In this document: positions 40,490 to 50,860 of the stretch, piece by piece
Layout of the letters: each line of letters begins with the position of its first letter
How positions within the stretch are numbered: the first letter of the stretch is position 1
Virus record (IMG/VR): IMGVR_UViG_3300045988_173832
Length of the DNA stretch: 64,000 nucleotides
Source of the DNA: a virus
Direction: 5' to 3' (one strand)
Position numbers and translations under genes: made by a program
Notes under the pieces: generated by a model
What the model was told of the DNA's origin: nothing
Seen by the model: the letters and a program-made list of their open reading frames with translations, nothing else
The model's database searches: none

Positions 40490-40834
40490 ATGAAGAGACT
40501 TATTACACTAGCAGCAATTGCTGCTACCCTCGCAATTACAGCAACTTGCGCATATGCAGAAACAGTCGAGCCTGAGGTTAATTATGACGACCAGGTAGTA
40601 CTCATTTCTGCAACCGAGGAGTCAGTACCTGCTGTAGGTTCTACTGTAGAGGTGACTGACACAGTCACATCCGAAGCCGAGACAGTTGCAACTGCCGAAG
40701 TCAATACAGTGACTCCTGCTACTGTGGAGGCAGATGACAAGGGTTCCCCTGACACCGGCGTTGAGGGCGTAGCTGCTCTTGCAGGTATTGCAGTTCTTGC
40801 AGCGGGTGCAATTATTCTTACTCGCAAGAAGTAA
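40490..40834 (+). CDS. small sortase-anchored surface protein (signal peptide; C-terminal SPDTG + hydrophobic helix + RKK)
   Basis: MKRLITLAAIAATLAITATCAYA signal; SPDTG-VEGVAALAGIAVLAAGAIIL-TRKK sorting signal (SPxTG type as in Clostridia). Confidence 0.6.
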   Translation: MKRLITLAAIAATLAITATCAYAETVEPEVNYDDQVVLISATEESVPAVGSTVEVTDTVTSEAETVATAEVNTVTPATVEADDKGSPDTGVEGVAALAGIAVLAAGAIILTRKK

Positions 40835-40848
40835 TCTTTAGCAGATAT

Positions 40849-40880
40849 GAGGAGAGTCAGCCACAGGCTCTCCTCTTCAT
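40849..40880 (+). terminator. terminator-like hairpin (gaggaga-N12-tctcctc + ttcat)
   Basis: Read from sequence. Confidence 0.45.
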
Positions 40881-40938
40881 ATCAGTACAAAAAGGTAACT
40901 GTCTTTGAGTGCTGTCCATAACTATCGGAGGTTTATTC

Positions 40939-41331
40939 ATGTATCATATCTCAATTATCAATAGAACTAATGGCCTTAAGAAGACATTTCAGCTTCTTGA
41001 GCCATCAAAGTATTTAACAGATGAAGGTATCACATTTTGTTCAGACAATGCATGGGATGGCATGCTTCACTTTATTCCATGCAGAGGAGTAGACAAGAAT
41101 ATTAGCATAACTTATAAGGTTCTTGGTAGAGTAGGTGACGCACGTACAATCAATGATGTACTGAAGTCAGCAGGAAGAATTTTTATAGCTGAGCAGGTTA
41201 TTATTAAAGATGCACATAATAAAACCTTGTGTAGCTGTTCACCCTGTGAAGTTCCTGATAATTTAAGAAAGCTTAAGTATTCGTCAGTATACAAGATTAG
41301 TAACAAATATTACTTTAAGGTAGGAGAATAA
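40939..41331 (+). CDS. hypothetical protein (130 aa)
   Basis: ATG 40939 with GGAGG RBS 7 nt upstream. Confidence 0.4.
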   Translation: MYHISIINRTNGLKKTFQLLEPSKYLTDEGITFCSDNAWDGMLHFIPCRGVDKNISITYKVLGRVGDARTINDVLKSAGRIFIAEQVIIKDAHNKTLCSCSPCEVPDNLRKLKYSSVYKISNKYYFKVGE

Positions 41332-41337
41332 AGACTA

Positions 41338-42201
41338 ATGAAAATGCAATCCACAGCCATTGCGCTGTTATGTAGCATTATGGCTGTAACACAGTTATCT
41401 GGCTGTGAAATGGTGCAAAATGCCTTAGGTCCTAATAAGCAAACAGTCGATTACTCGGAAGTATTAGCGAGGTCTGACTCATTCTTTAGCAGTAAACCAA
41501 GTGCTATAAATATTGAAGAAATCTCTAATACACTTAGACTTGAGTATGTGTATGGAGATTATTTTTCTGTCACAGAAACTTATAAGTTTGAGAATAATGC
41601 GGTCCAGACAACCACAATTGTATATCCTGGGGAAATAAGCACAGTGCCAGAGTTCGTTTACTACACAAACAACACATTATCAACAGCAAATCTCCAGGCA
41701 ACAATAAGTGGCACATATAAGTGGACAGGAGAACCACTGCTTATTCCAGGAATAGCAAATCTTGATCAGGAACACGCAGTACCTTTAGCAGAACAGCTAA
41801 AGGAGGAAGTAGACAATAACCCGGGCATTCCGCCTGACTTCTTTTTGCCGTCAGAAGAGCAAACAGATGCGATCACACAGGAGACAATTGACACTAATGA
41901 AGATGCTATTACACTACCTGGTTTGACAGATAATGGTTTATCAATTTTGGAATATTCTGATAATACACTTACAATGGATAAGTATGCTATTCACGTTGGA
42001 ATAGACAAAGAGCGCCAAATTACAATAGCACAATGCCCTAAAGATTATGTAGATAAGCTTGTGTTCATTTCCGATAATCCTACAATTGCTTCAGTAGACT
42101 CTAAAGGTATAGTAAGAGGTCATAAAAATGGGTCTGCAACTATAACAGTTACAGTTGATGGCGCTGCAGGATATTCTAGTATTATGGTGTATGTGTACTG
42201 A
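41338..42201 (+). CDS. lipoprotein with C-terminal Big_2 (bacterial Ig-like) domain
   Basis: Lipobox LSGC; C-terminal IASVDSKGIVRGHKNGSATITVTVDG... typical Big_2. Confidence 0.6.
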   Translation: MKMQSTAIALLCSIMAVTQLSGCEMVQNALGPNKQTVDYSEVLARSDSFFSSKPSAINIEEISNTLRLEYVYGDYFSVTETYKFENNAVQTTTIVYPGEISTVPEFVYYTNNTLSTANLQATISGTYKWTGEPLLIPGIANLDQEHAVPLAEQLKEEVDNNPGIPPDFFLPSEEQTDAITQETIDTNEDAITLPGLTDNGLSILEYSDNTLTMDKYAIHVGIDKERQITIAQCPKDYVDKLVFISDNPTIASVDSKGIVRGHKNGSATITVTVDGAAGYSSIMVYVY

Positions 42202-42275
42202 AGTGGAAAATGATAAAAGCCAAGGGAGAACTTGGTATGGCAATATTATTTATTGAGATAAGGGGTTAGAATAAC

Positions 42276-42671
42276 TTGCAATGTAAAACTGTCACATTTG
42301 AATTTCACAATCTTGATGAAGTAGCTTTAGCAGCTGGAAAAATGCAGATAACATTATCTGATATTACTTCAAACATTAAAATAGCAAATGCACAGGCTAA
42401 TTTGAAGAAGAAAGCAAAGAAAGCTGAAATTATCTTCAAGAGAGATTTCTTTGATGGGCGCTTCAGAGAGTCACAAGATTTGGAATGTATAGCTATCGAA
42501 ACAAATGCAAAATGCTTCCGAATATATTTTGACAATAAATTTTCAGACAGCATAAACCTCAACGAGCATGTGTGGATGAATGACTTCGATAATATGTGTA
42601 TCGCTATAGGGGAATATTCTGAAAACGAACTAAAACAAGTGCATGAGAGATTGAATTATGAATTTAAATGA
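42276..42671 (+). CDS. hypothetical protein (131 aa)
   Basis: ORF track. Confidence 0.4.
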   Translation: MQCKTVTFEFHNLDEVALAAGKMQITLSDITSNIKIANAQANLKKKAKKAEIIFKRDFFDGRFRESQDLECIAIETNAKCFRIYFDNKFSDSINLNEHVWMNDFDNMCIAIGEYSENELKQVHERLNYEFK

Positions 42672-43083
42672 TGAAATAACAAGGCGCATGACACTGTTGG
42701 GCATTTCACAAAGCAGAACATTAGCAGTATCTACATATAGAGGAATTGAGTCCCCAAGTAAAGATGTTAGAGATTATGTCACCTACCTAGAAGAAGAAAA
42801 TAAATGTACCATTTATCATGTGATAGAAGGTCCAGAACTTCTTTCAAATAGATTCTTTATGCTTGCAATCTCCAATGATTCAAACGCTTGGAACAGTGAG
42901 CTTGTTGCTCTACCTGAGAACAGGTTTAAAGCATATGCCTATTTTGGCTCATATAGACAATATCACTATGAACCAGGATACATAACAATAGAACAACATG
43001 GTAATCACTATAGCTACGTAGCTAATCCGAATCTGAGAGAACTCTTTAGCAGTATTCCATGTCCAGGGAAGAAGGTGAACTGA
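42658..43083 (+). CDS. hypothetical protein (141 aa)
   Basis: ORF track. Confidence 0.4.
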   Translation: MNLNDEITRRMTLLGISQSRTLAVSTYRGIESPSKDVRDYVTYLEEENKCTIYHVIEGPELLSNRFFMLAISNDSNAWNSELVALPENRFKAYAYFGSYRQYHYEPGYITIEQHGNHYSYVANPNLRELFSSIPCPGKKVN

Positions 43084-43521
43084 GTGACATTAGAAGAATT
43101 TACAAAGAATTTGTTTGGTGATCAGTTGATTGCCCTATGTAGTACATCAGCAGCGAATGTTTTTTGGCTAGGTACAGCAGCATCAGCAGCAAAGTCTATA
43201 TATGCATACAGTCAGATACTTGCTATTGATTTAGCAGATGCAAAGTTTCAGCCTAAACACCTAACGCGAGCAGACTATTGGAACATAATGTATATTCAGA
43301 TGGTTGATAGCACCCTTAACAGCAATGGCTTTAAGCATTTGTGTTACGCAATTTATCTGAACTATTGGGAAGAAATGCATGTGTTTGATTGTGGAATGGA
43401 GCCAATATGTTATGAAGAGTTCCTTTCAAATGAATATAAAGACAGTGAAGTAATGAAGGAAATTCTTTCACCATCTTTGTTCGAGCAGTATATTAAGATG
43501 AAGGAGGGTGTAAATTCATGA
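43084..43521 (+). CDS. hypothetical protein (145 aa, GTG start)
   Basis: ORF track. Confidence 0.4.
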   Translation: MTLEEFTKNLFGDQLIALCSTSAANVFWLGTAASAAKSIYAYSQILAIDLADAKFQPKHLTRADYWNIMYIQMVDSTLNSNGFKHLCYAIYLNYWEEMHVFDCGMEPICYEEFLSNEYKDSEVMKEILSPSLFEQYIKMKEGVNS

Positions 43522-44087
43522 CATACAGAGAAGTATCTTGCGAAGGAAAAGATCTTAAAGAAGTTGTAGTGTATCTTGTTTCTTTAGCAGCTGAAGGAGA
43601 ATTGGTCTGTACAAACTATCAGGGGACAATGCTGTATTCTGATAAAGTTAGCTTAAATAGTGCATTTATGAATATACTGGGCAAATCTTACCAGAGTTAC
43701 CTTGAGAAAACGCATAAGCAGTCAGATAGTTCAGCTGATTTGGATGAAACAAGCATTACTCAGACACTATTAGGTAGAGGTAAGCAGATTATCGATTCAC
43801 AGTTTTACTCTACTTGGGAAAAATATGTACTAAAGTATGTTAGTAAACAGGGATTTATCGAAATCTTCAATTATGCTCTGAAGATCCTCGCACTTGTGAA
43901 TAAAGGCTGCATGTCAGAGGCTGCAACTACATACAATTCTTGTCCGCCTGCATATCATAAGAACATTTGTCTTTTAGTAGAAAAGTGTTCAGCTTATGGC
44001 GAAAACTTTGTAGCTCGCGTTGTTAGTGCACAGAATATCTACAATGATACAGGAATCACAGGCAGTACGGAGTACTTTAAAAAGTAG
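43518..44087 (+). CDS. hypothetical protein (189 aa)
   Basis: GGAGGG RBS. Confidence 0.45.
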   Translation: MTYREVSCEGKDLKEVVVYLVSLAAEGELVCTNYQGTMLYSDKVSLNSAFMNILGKSYQSYLEKTHKQSDSSADLDETSITQTLLGRGKQIIDSQFYSTWEKYVLKYVSKQGFIEIFNYALKILALVNKGCMSEAATTYNSCPPAYHKNICLLVEKCSAYGENFVARVVSAQNIYNDTGITGSTEYFKK

Positions 44088-44164
44088 AGTATTACCCACA
44101 AATACTTCAGCAGTGATTGTTACAAAGATAACATGGGTAAAGAGCAGACCTTAATGCTCAATTC

Positions 44165-44719
44165 ATGAAGGAGATTGTTATTATGAATAAGCGTATTATT
44201 ACAATGGATGAGACAGTTGCCAGACCTCAGGACGTTCCTCTCGGAAGAGTGCCATGGAAAGATATGAAAGTTGGCGGTATATATCAGCGTAAAGATGGAA
44301 GATATTACATTTATGCTGGTAGAGCTAACACAACACATACAATCCTTGCATCAAGAACTGACTTTGGTGAGAAATATTATTACACTTACATCTATCTAGA
44401 CTATCCTACTGTTTTAACAGAGGATGTAGATACTAACAAGCTGCGGATCATTGCAAGCTCTGCTAAAATCAGAACATCTGAATATAGAGACATTGCAGAG
44501 GCACAGATTGGCATGCTTCCAGGATTTGCAGGACAGTCCGTATGGAAAGTTGCTGACTTTACAATTTATACTGACCCGAAGCATATAAGTGGTGGCTCTA
44601 AGAAGGCAAAAGTTAAGTTCAGTGCAGAAGCAGCTGCAACCTTTAAGGTCTATGAAAAGAAAGCTGAACTTCAGCAGAAGAGAAAGCGTGCAAGCAGGAA
44701 GGCTAGGGCAAAAGCATGA
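44165..44719 (+). CDS. hypothetical protein with Lys/Arg-rich C-terminal tail (184 aa)
   Basis: AAGGAG RBS. Confidence 0.45.
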   Translation: MKEIVIMNKRIITMDETVARPQDVPLGRVPWKDMKVGGIYQRKDGRYYIYAGRANTTHTILASRTDFGEKYYYTYIYLDYPTVLTEDVDTNKLRIIASSAKIRTSEYRDIAEAQIGMLPGFAGQSVWKVADFTIYTDPKHISGGSKKAKVKFSAEAAATFKVYEKKAELQQKRKRASRKARAKA

Positions 44720-45042
44720 CAGATAAGAAAAAGATAACGAAAATGATTAGCACAATCATATGGGCTGTGGTATTTTTTGCTGTAGGAGCTTTAGCAGCAG
44801 TTATGATAGCCTTGGAAGGGATGAAGGGTGCAGCATCATCAACACCTATTATGTATCTTGCGATGGGCAATACACTTTCAGGTACTGTACAGGATAAATC
44901 TTATGATGCTGGAGCTCATATGCTTTCACTGGAGACAAATGAGTTTGGGACAATTACTGTAGATTGTTCTACTGATATGTATAACTCTTGTGACATAGGC
45001 GACACAGTTCATGTTGACTTTGAGCTTTACGCTCACAAATAA
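44716..45042 (+). CDS. membrane-anchored small protein (108 aa)
   Basis: N-terminal TM. Confidence 0.4.
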   Translation: MTDKKKITKMISTIIWAVVFFAVGALAAVMIALEGMKGAASSTPIMYLAMGNTLSGTVQDKSYDAGAHMLSLETNEFGTITVDCSTDMYNSCDIGDTVHVDFELYAHK

Positions 45043-45066
45043 ATCTTTAGCAGGAAGGAGAAGTGT

Positions 45067-45327
45067 ATGGTTAACTATACTCCAAAGTTCAAAGTTGGAG
45101 ATGATTGCATTGTTGAGACATTCACCTCTCGAACATCATTGACGCGTACTCTTAATGATAGGGAGTTCGCAAAAGGTAAAATTATTTATGTACACCCCGC
45201 ACACGGTTGGGCTACTTATAGAGCTTTAGGATATAACATGGCACTTCCTAATGATCAGATTATGACAGTGACAGAGTATCAGGCAATGATTGCTGGTAAG
45301 GCTAATGTAAAACCACTTCGCGTGTAA
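45067..45327 (+). CDS. hypothetical protein (86 aa)
   Basis: ATG preceded by CTTTAGCAGGAAGGAG. Confidence 0.45.
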   Translation: MVNYTPKFKVGDDCIVETFTSRTSLTRTLNDREFAKGKIIYVHPAHGWATYRALGYNMALPNDQIMTVTEYQAMIAGKANVKPLRV

Positions 45328-45329
45328 AA

Positions 45330-45440
45330 ATTAAAGGCTGTAGGATAATCCTACAGCCATTTTCAGTTAAAGAGGCTGTAGGATAATCCTACAGCCGTTT
45401 TCCGTTAAAGAGGCTGCAGGATACCCTGCAGCCATTTTCA
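45330..45440. repeat. three tandem 38-bp units each forming a perfect hairpin (ggctgtaggat-a-atcctacagcc x2; ggctgcagg-ata-ccctgcagcc) followed by TTTTC
   Basis: Read from sequence; period exactly 38 bp (hairpins at 45336, 45374, 45412). Confidence 0.7.
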
Positions 45441-45463
45441 ATTATACAGAAAGGATTCACAAC

Positions 45464-46507
45464 ATGGCAAAAGCAGTGAAGATGCAGACATCCTCTGCAC
45501 CTAAAGTTGGAGGCGGAACAGGTAAGCGTATCATAGCACTTATACTTATGGCATCAATGATTGTAGGCTTGCTATTCCTAGCATCGATGATTATGAATCA
45601 GCGTGAAGAGTTAGTATCTGTAATGCGCCTTAAGAAATCAATTACATCTGGCACAGCAATTACGGATAGTATCTTGGAGGAATATCAGATGCCGAAGAGT
45701 ACTTATGAAACTCTTGGCTCTATTACAATGTATGATGCAAATAATAATCCATATCAGCAGCAGACTTATTTGCTTTGGCAGCAGAAGGAGCAAGTGCTTG
45801 GGATGTTTGCATCTAATTATATTGCTCAAGGCGATGTGCTCACATCAATGGACCTCACACGAACTTTAACAGTACGAAATCCATGGGTTACTGCAATGAA
45901 GGAAGATGAAGAGATATTCACGATGTCTTTTGATGCAGGTACTATTAACACACGAATGATTTACCCTGGAACTCGTCTAAGAGCTAGATTTGTATCCGAA
46001 GTACCTGTAGACAAGCTTAGTGAAGTAAAAACACAGATTGAGCGTGCAGAAAATATTGGTGATGGAACTGACGATATTGTTCACGATGCAGTAACAACTC
46101 TTCATGGTGATATCTTAGAAGACTCTGAGGCTAAGAATAGCGTACAGGTTGCTGAAGTTATTATTGATGAAATTATTATTACAGACATGACTAACAGTTC
46201 CGGTGAGAGTATTTATGACCTCTATATGAGCCTTCTCAAACTCCCAATCAATGAGCGCATCAGCTATCTAAAAACGGGTATTGGTTCAAATGATATTTCT
46301 AATAACTGGGCAGCAAGAGTTACACCTTCTACAATCACATTCATCCTCGATAAGAAATCAGCATCTCGTTTAGCAGAGTTTGAACAGACAGGTGGTACGA
46401 TTAAGTACACAATTCTTCCCGACAAGGCAGATTCTGAAGATCAAGCAAACCTGATGTCTCAGTTTGTTGAACTCAGCAACCAGATAAACACTGTTACGGA
46501 GGATTAA
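45464..46507 (+). CDS. CpaB/RcpC-like pilus assembly protein (N-terminal TM + periplasmic domain)
   Basis: Position at head of Tad-type module; topology. Confidence 0.45.
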   Translation: MAKAVKMQTSSAPKVGGGTGKRIIALILMASMIVGLLFLASMIMNQREELVSVMRLKKSITSGTAITDSILEEYQMPKSTYETLGSITMYDANNNPYQQQTYLLWQQKEQVLGMFASNYIAQGDVLTSMDLTRTLTVRNPWVTAMKEDEEIFTMSFDAGTINTRMIYPGTRLRARFVSEVPVDKLSEVKTQIERAENIGDGTDDIVHDAVTTLHGDILEDSEAKNSVQVAEVIIDEIIITDMTNSSGESIYDLYMSLLKLPINERISYLKTGIGSNDISNNWAARVTPSTITFILDKKSASRLAEFEQTGGTIKYTILPDKADSEDQANLMSQFVELSNQINTVTED

Positions 46508-46509
46508 GC

Positions 46510-47385
46510 ATGAATATTAAACAGCAGCTTATAACTCCACTTGTGACATTGCTTAAGACATTTTCTGGCACCGAAGAAATTCAGGTAAATGTGCCAGATT
46601 ACAGTAACGTCTTTGGATTTTACTCGCCAACAGGAGGTACGGGTGTAACTACATTCGTAGCAAATCTAGGTTATGTCCTTGCATCTCAGCTTAAGGTTGC
46701 TATTGTTGATTTTGACTTATATCATCCGGCACTATTTAGATTCTTACTTGACGATAGCGATGATAAAACAGGATTACACCCAGAAGCTGATTTAGTAGAT
46801 AAACTTATTACGTCAGGAGCTAATATTACTTCCTTTGGTCATACATCAAAGTATAACAATATAACATTGTTCACTGGTATGCCACAGGATGATATCATTA
46901 AGTTCTGTGAGCTGGATTACAACAACATTGTGCAGTGCATTAAGGAACTCTCACGCCTCTACGATATTGTTTTAGTAGACTTTAAGGGCAATCTTGCACA
47001 AGAAACCGTAATGGCTTCAATTGATGCTTGCACACGAGTATTCACATTTATTAGGCCATTGTTTAGTGATGTCGATAGCATGCACAAGGATAATGATCTG
47101 TTAATTCGTTATGGTTATGGAAAGAAACTTACAGCAATTGTACAGGCTAATATTCAGAAGCGATATCTGCCTGATAGTGCTTTTGATGATGAGGACATTT
47201 CAACTGTAATGCGTTTGCCATATGTAAAATCAGTAGAAGACACTGGCGAGAGTTTTGATATTTTCTATGCGACAAATGCAGGTTCATCAAAAGCTGGTGC
47301 AGCTTATGCAGAGTGTTGTAAGTTTATGGCAGAGTATTTATGCAACTACGAAAGAATGATTTTTGAGATGGGAGATGAGAAGTAA
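46510..47385 (+). CDS. TadZ/CpaE-like ParA/MinD-family ATPase (deviant Walker A TGGTGVTT)
   Basis: FYSPTGGTGVTTFVANLGYVLA + hydrophobic beta-strand then D (Walker B-like VAIVDFD). Confidence 0.55.
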   Translation: MNIKQQLITPLVTLLKTFSGTEEIQVNVPDYSNVFGFYSPTGGTGVTTFVANLGYVLASQLKVAIVDFDLYHPALFRFLLDDSDDKTGLHPEADLVDKLITSGANITSFGHTSKYNNITLFTGMPQDDIIKFCELDYNNIVQCIKELSRLYDIVLVDFKGNLAQETVMASIDACTRVFTFIRPLFSDVDSMHKDNDLLIRYGYGKKLTAIVQANIQKRYLPDSAFDDEDISTVMRLPYVKSVEDTGESFDIFYATNAGSSKAGAAYAECCKFMAEYLCNYERMIFEMGDEK

Positions 47386-48917
47386 TGGCGCTTACGAAGG
47401 GATTCTTTACAGCACGACGTTCAGAGAGTGCAGGTAGCGATCTTGCTTCTTGTATTTCCTTTGAGCAGTGTGTAGATATTCTATATTCTTATATCAATCA
47501 ATGTACTCTTGAACAGGAGAGTACCGTTGAAAATATGAATTATGCACAGGTCCGTAAGTTTACTGCAGACTGTATTGTAAACTATGTAAGTTCAAAGCAT
47601 CCTTTGGTGACTGGTTTTGTTGACGAAACCGGAAAAGCCGAATATGGTCGACTTACTAAAGCTTTAACAGATGAAGTGCTCGACTGGGGTGTCTTAACAG
47701 ATGCAATGCAAGACCCTAATGTGTCAGAAATTCAAGGTAATGATTATAAGAGTATCTATGTGGAGAAGAATGGTAAAACAGATCTTCTTCGCTCGGATAT
47801 TACTGATAAGATCATAACTTTTGAGTCAGCCGATGACATGCTCAAGATAGCAAATAAGCTATTACGTTTTTCTGAAGTATCACTTAGTAGGAATGGAGCA
47901 TTGCAGGGCGGTATGACACGTGAGGGCTTCCGTGTTGCAGTCTGCGACCCATCTGTAGCAGCGCCTGATAAGGGAGAAAATCAATTAAAAGATAAATCTC
48001 CTATGTTTGTTATACGTAAGTATGGCTCAACACCACCTAGCCTTGAAAAGTTGATTGGATGGCACTCAGTTACTATACAACAGGCAAATTTTATGAAGAT
48101 CCTAGCAAAGACTGGTTTACCAATTGTAATTTGCGGAGCAACTGGTTCTGGTAAAACAGTACTGCTTCAGTCTATTTTAAATAATCGTGTACCCACTAGA
48201 CGTTTAGCAGTTGTTGAGGATCAGTCAGAGTTAAACGCACGCATGCGTGATGAAAACGGTATAGATAAGTCAAACACAATACAGTTTGAGGCAAGACCAA
48301 CACCACCTAGTGGCACGGCACCTCTTACTTTTCCAACATTCAGTAATGTTACGATGCAGCTACTTCGTATGACACCTAGACTTATTGTATTAGGTGAGAT
48401 GAGAACGGATGAAATCGTATCACAGGCAATAACAGCAGCTTATACCGGCCATGGCTTGTATTCTACTATTCATGCCGAGAATGTTGAAGACTGTGTAACA
48501 CGTATGACAAAGTGTGTACAGGCAACATCTAATGGTACTCCATGGGACGTAAACATGCAAACAGTATGTGCTGCTATTCCATTCATTATCTCTCAGCAGA
48601 GGCTTGATGATGGATCTCGTAAGATGCTTGAATTCTCTGAAATTGAAGGTACTATCATGAAAGATGGAAAGCTAATGCCTAAGGTGAACACATTATTCAA
48701 GTTCATTTCTGATGGACAAGGTATTCATCCTGAGGATGGTAAGCTTCATGGTGAGTTCTATCAGATTAATAAGCTTTCATCTAAAATGATGGAACGCTTG
48801 AAGCTCAAGGCACTTACAAAAGACGAACTGAATATATTACTCTCTGGTCCCGAGCCAGGAACTATGCTGTCATGCACATTTGATGATACAACAGAACAGC
48901 AGGTAGTAAGGAGGTGA
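47385..48917 (+). CDS. TadA/CpaF-type (VirB11-family) secretion ATPase
   Basis: Walker A VICGATGSGKTVLLQSIL; size and context (followed by two polytopic TadB/C-like proteins). Confidence 0.75.
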   Translation: MALTKGFFTARRSESAGSDLASCISFEQCVDILYSYINQCTLEQESTVENMNYAQVRKFTADCIVNYVSSKHPLVTGFVDETGKAEYGRLTKALTDEVLDWGVLTDAMQDPNVSEIQGNDYKSIYVEKNGKTDLLRSDITDKIITFESADDMLKIANKLLRFSEVSLSRNGALQGGMTREGFRVAVCDPSVAAPDKGENQLKDKSPMFVIRKYGSTPPSLEKLIGWHSVTIQQANFMKILAKTGLPIVICGATGSGKTVLLQSILNNRVPTRRLAVVEDQSELNARMRDENGIDKSNTIQFEARPTPPSGTAPLTFPTFSNVTMQLLRMTPRLIVLGEMRTDEIVSQAITAAYTGHGLYSTIHAENVEDCVTRMTKCVQATSNGTPWDVNMQTVCAAIPFIISQQRLDDGSRKMLEFSEIEGTIMKDGKLMPKVNTLFKFISDGQGIHPEDGKLHGEFYQINKLSSKMMERLKLKALTKDELNILLSGPEPGTMLSCTFDDTTEQQVVRR

Positions 48918-48925
48918 GTTGATAG

Positions 48926-49903
48926 ATGGAAAACATCGTTTTAGCAGGTATTGGAATACTTGCCTACTTCTTTATGCGCACTTTAACGGGGCTAAAGATC
49001 TTCCCGTTACTTCATGAGATACTCACTGCTTTAACAGGCTCTGCAGTTAAGTCTACAACTCAATTTCGAGAACAGACTGCAGTGACATTTAGAAGAATGT
49101 CACTTGATGAAAAGCGTAAGAGCATGAAATATCGCTACTACTGTTTCATCAATGAGGTCTTAGCAGCATTTGGCTTAAAACAGCGTGGAATCAACGTTGA
49201 GGGCTTTACAATGTCTCTTATTGCAATTGTGATTGCAATAAGCATTGTTATTGCACTAGTAACTTCATCAGTGGCTTATGCTTTGCTATTACCAATTATC
49301 TTACTGCCAACTTTTATTGCATTAATATTTTTGGGATCACGTATGAGGGTACGCAAACGCAAAATTGAACTTTTGGATGCCATGGATATCTTATGTGCAG
49401 TTATGACAGATGGAATACTAAAAGCTGTTAAAGAAAACTATGCACAGTTCCCAATAGATATTCAGGAGTATTTTAAAAAGTTCGTGAGCAACATTGAACT
49501 CTTAAACATGTCAGTACCACAGGCAGTACAAGAGTTGAATGAAGATATCGGTAGTCTGTATGATGAATTTTGTGATAGTGTCATCACATACGAGGCAAAT
49601 AGAGCTAGAGGTATGGAAACTCTGTTCAATTTTTATATCTCGGAGAATGGTAAGACACAGGCTCGTGATAGGCAGATAAAGCGATTAAGTGATTCAGCTA
49701 ATATGGACTATTTTGCTTCATTGCTAGTTATTATTCTATTTGGTGTATTCTCATCAGTGTTTCTTGGAGGCGATTCAAGCTTGTGGGCAACACCATTAGG
49801 CAAAGTTGTAATAGTGCTATTGATCTTGGGAGCGGTAGGTGTATTTATATACATACAATATTTACTTTCAAAGCCATTCATTTATACGGAGAAAGATAAT
49901 TAA
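48926..49903 (+). CDS. TadB-like (GspF-domain) inner-membrane platform protein
   Basis: Polytopic membrane protein directly after secretion ATPase. Confidence 0.55.
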   Translation: MENIVLAGIGILAYFFMRTLTGLKIFPLLHEILTALTGSAVKSTTQFREQTAVTFRRMSLDEKRKSMKYRYYCFINEVLAAFGLKQRGINVEGFTMSLIAIVIAISIVIALVTSSVAYALLLPIILLPTFIALIFLGSRMRVRKRKIELLDAMDILCAVMTDGILKAVKENYAQFPIDIQEYFKKFVSNIELLNMSVPQAVQELNEDIGSLYDEFCDSVITYEANRARGMETLFNFYISENGKTQARDRQIKRLSDSANMDYFASLLVIILFGVFSSVFLGGDSSLWATPLGKVVIVLLILGAVGVFIYIQYLLSKPFIYTEKDN

Positions 49904-50847
49904 TGACACAGATTGCCAACAACATAGTCAAGTTCTTCTCAGAGAAATGGCCTATACTGGCAATTGCAGTTGTTGCCATAGTATTCTGTTTTCTGCTTTA
50001 CAAATGGTTGTTTACGCCAAGAAAAAGCACAGTACAGAGTAATTCAGAGAAGAATCGTAAACGGATTGATAAAGGAATTTCTTATAAAGAAAACCAAAAA
50101 GCATTACAAGCTAAAATCGACATTGCAAAGTTCTGGGGAAAGTTACCACTAGTTTCTTTCACAGAAGAGGACAAAGAAGAGCTTCAAAAACTCATTTTAG
50201 CAGTAGATAAACGAACGCCATCTGGGCGTTTGATGCTACCTGAAGAGATTTATTGCCAGCAGCTATTTATAGCTCTGGCAATAATTTTTGTATGTGTAAT
50301 CTTGATGTTTCTTACACCTTTTACAATCTTGGGTGTACTTATAGTTCCAATCATTATGCGTACACCAGTTAAAACGTTAGAAGGAGAACGAAAGGATTTT
50401 GCTGTTGCTTTAGCAGATGAATTTCTCTCTTTTTATAAATTGTATTTTGTCCAGTTTATTCAACCGGATAATACAACAACTCTCTCAGCAGTAATTAATG
50501 ACTATTTACCAAATGCATCATTGTCAGTAAAGAAAATACTGAAAGTAGTGGATAGTGATTTGGCTAAGGGAGAAGAATTTGCACTGAAGCGTTTTGATGC
50601 ACGCTTCCCAGACAGCCCAAAAGTACATAAGTTTTGTTCTGTCGCTCGAGCTAGGACAAAGGGTGATGAAACAAGCTATGAAACAATGAAAAGCTTTCTG
50701 GATCTTTTACAGGAAGAGCATGATGTGTATTTTGACACAGAGTGCAAGAAACGTGAAAAGCGAATTGAATCAGTTATAGGCATATTCTTAGCAATAAGTT
50801 TATGTATTGTTGCGTTCATGGCTTTCGCGATGATGTTTATGGTCTAA
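49903..50847 (+). CDS. TadC-like (GspF-domain) inner-membrane platform protein
   Basis: Polytopic; start overlaps previous stop. Confidence 0.55.
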   Translation: MTQIANNIVKFFSEKWPILAIAVVAIVFCFLLYKWLFTPRKSTVQSNSEKNRKRIDKGISYKENQKALQAKIDIAKFWGKLPLVSFTEEDKEELQKLILAVDKRTPSGRLMLPEEIYCQQLFIALAIIFVCVILMFLTPFTILGVLIVPIIMRTPVKTLEGERKDFAVALADEFLSFYKLYFVQFIQPDNTTTLSAVINDYLPNASLSVKKILKVVDSDLAKGEEFALKRFDARFPDSPKVHKFCSVARARTKGDETSYETMKSFLDLLQEEHDVYFDTECKKREKRIESVIGIFLAISLCIVAFMAFAMMFMV

Positions 50848-50860
50848 GGAGGACGCATAT

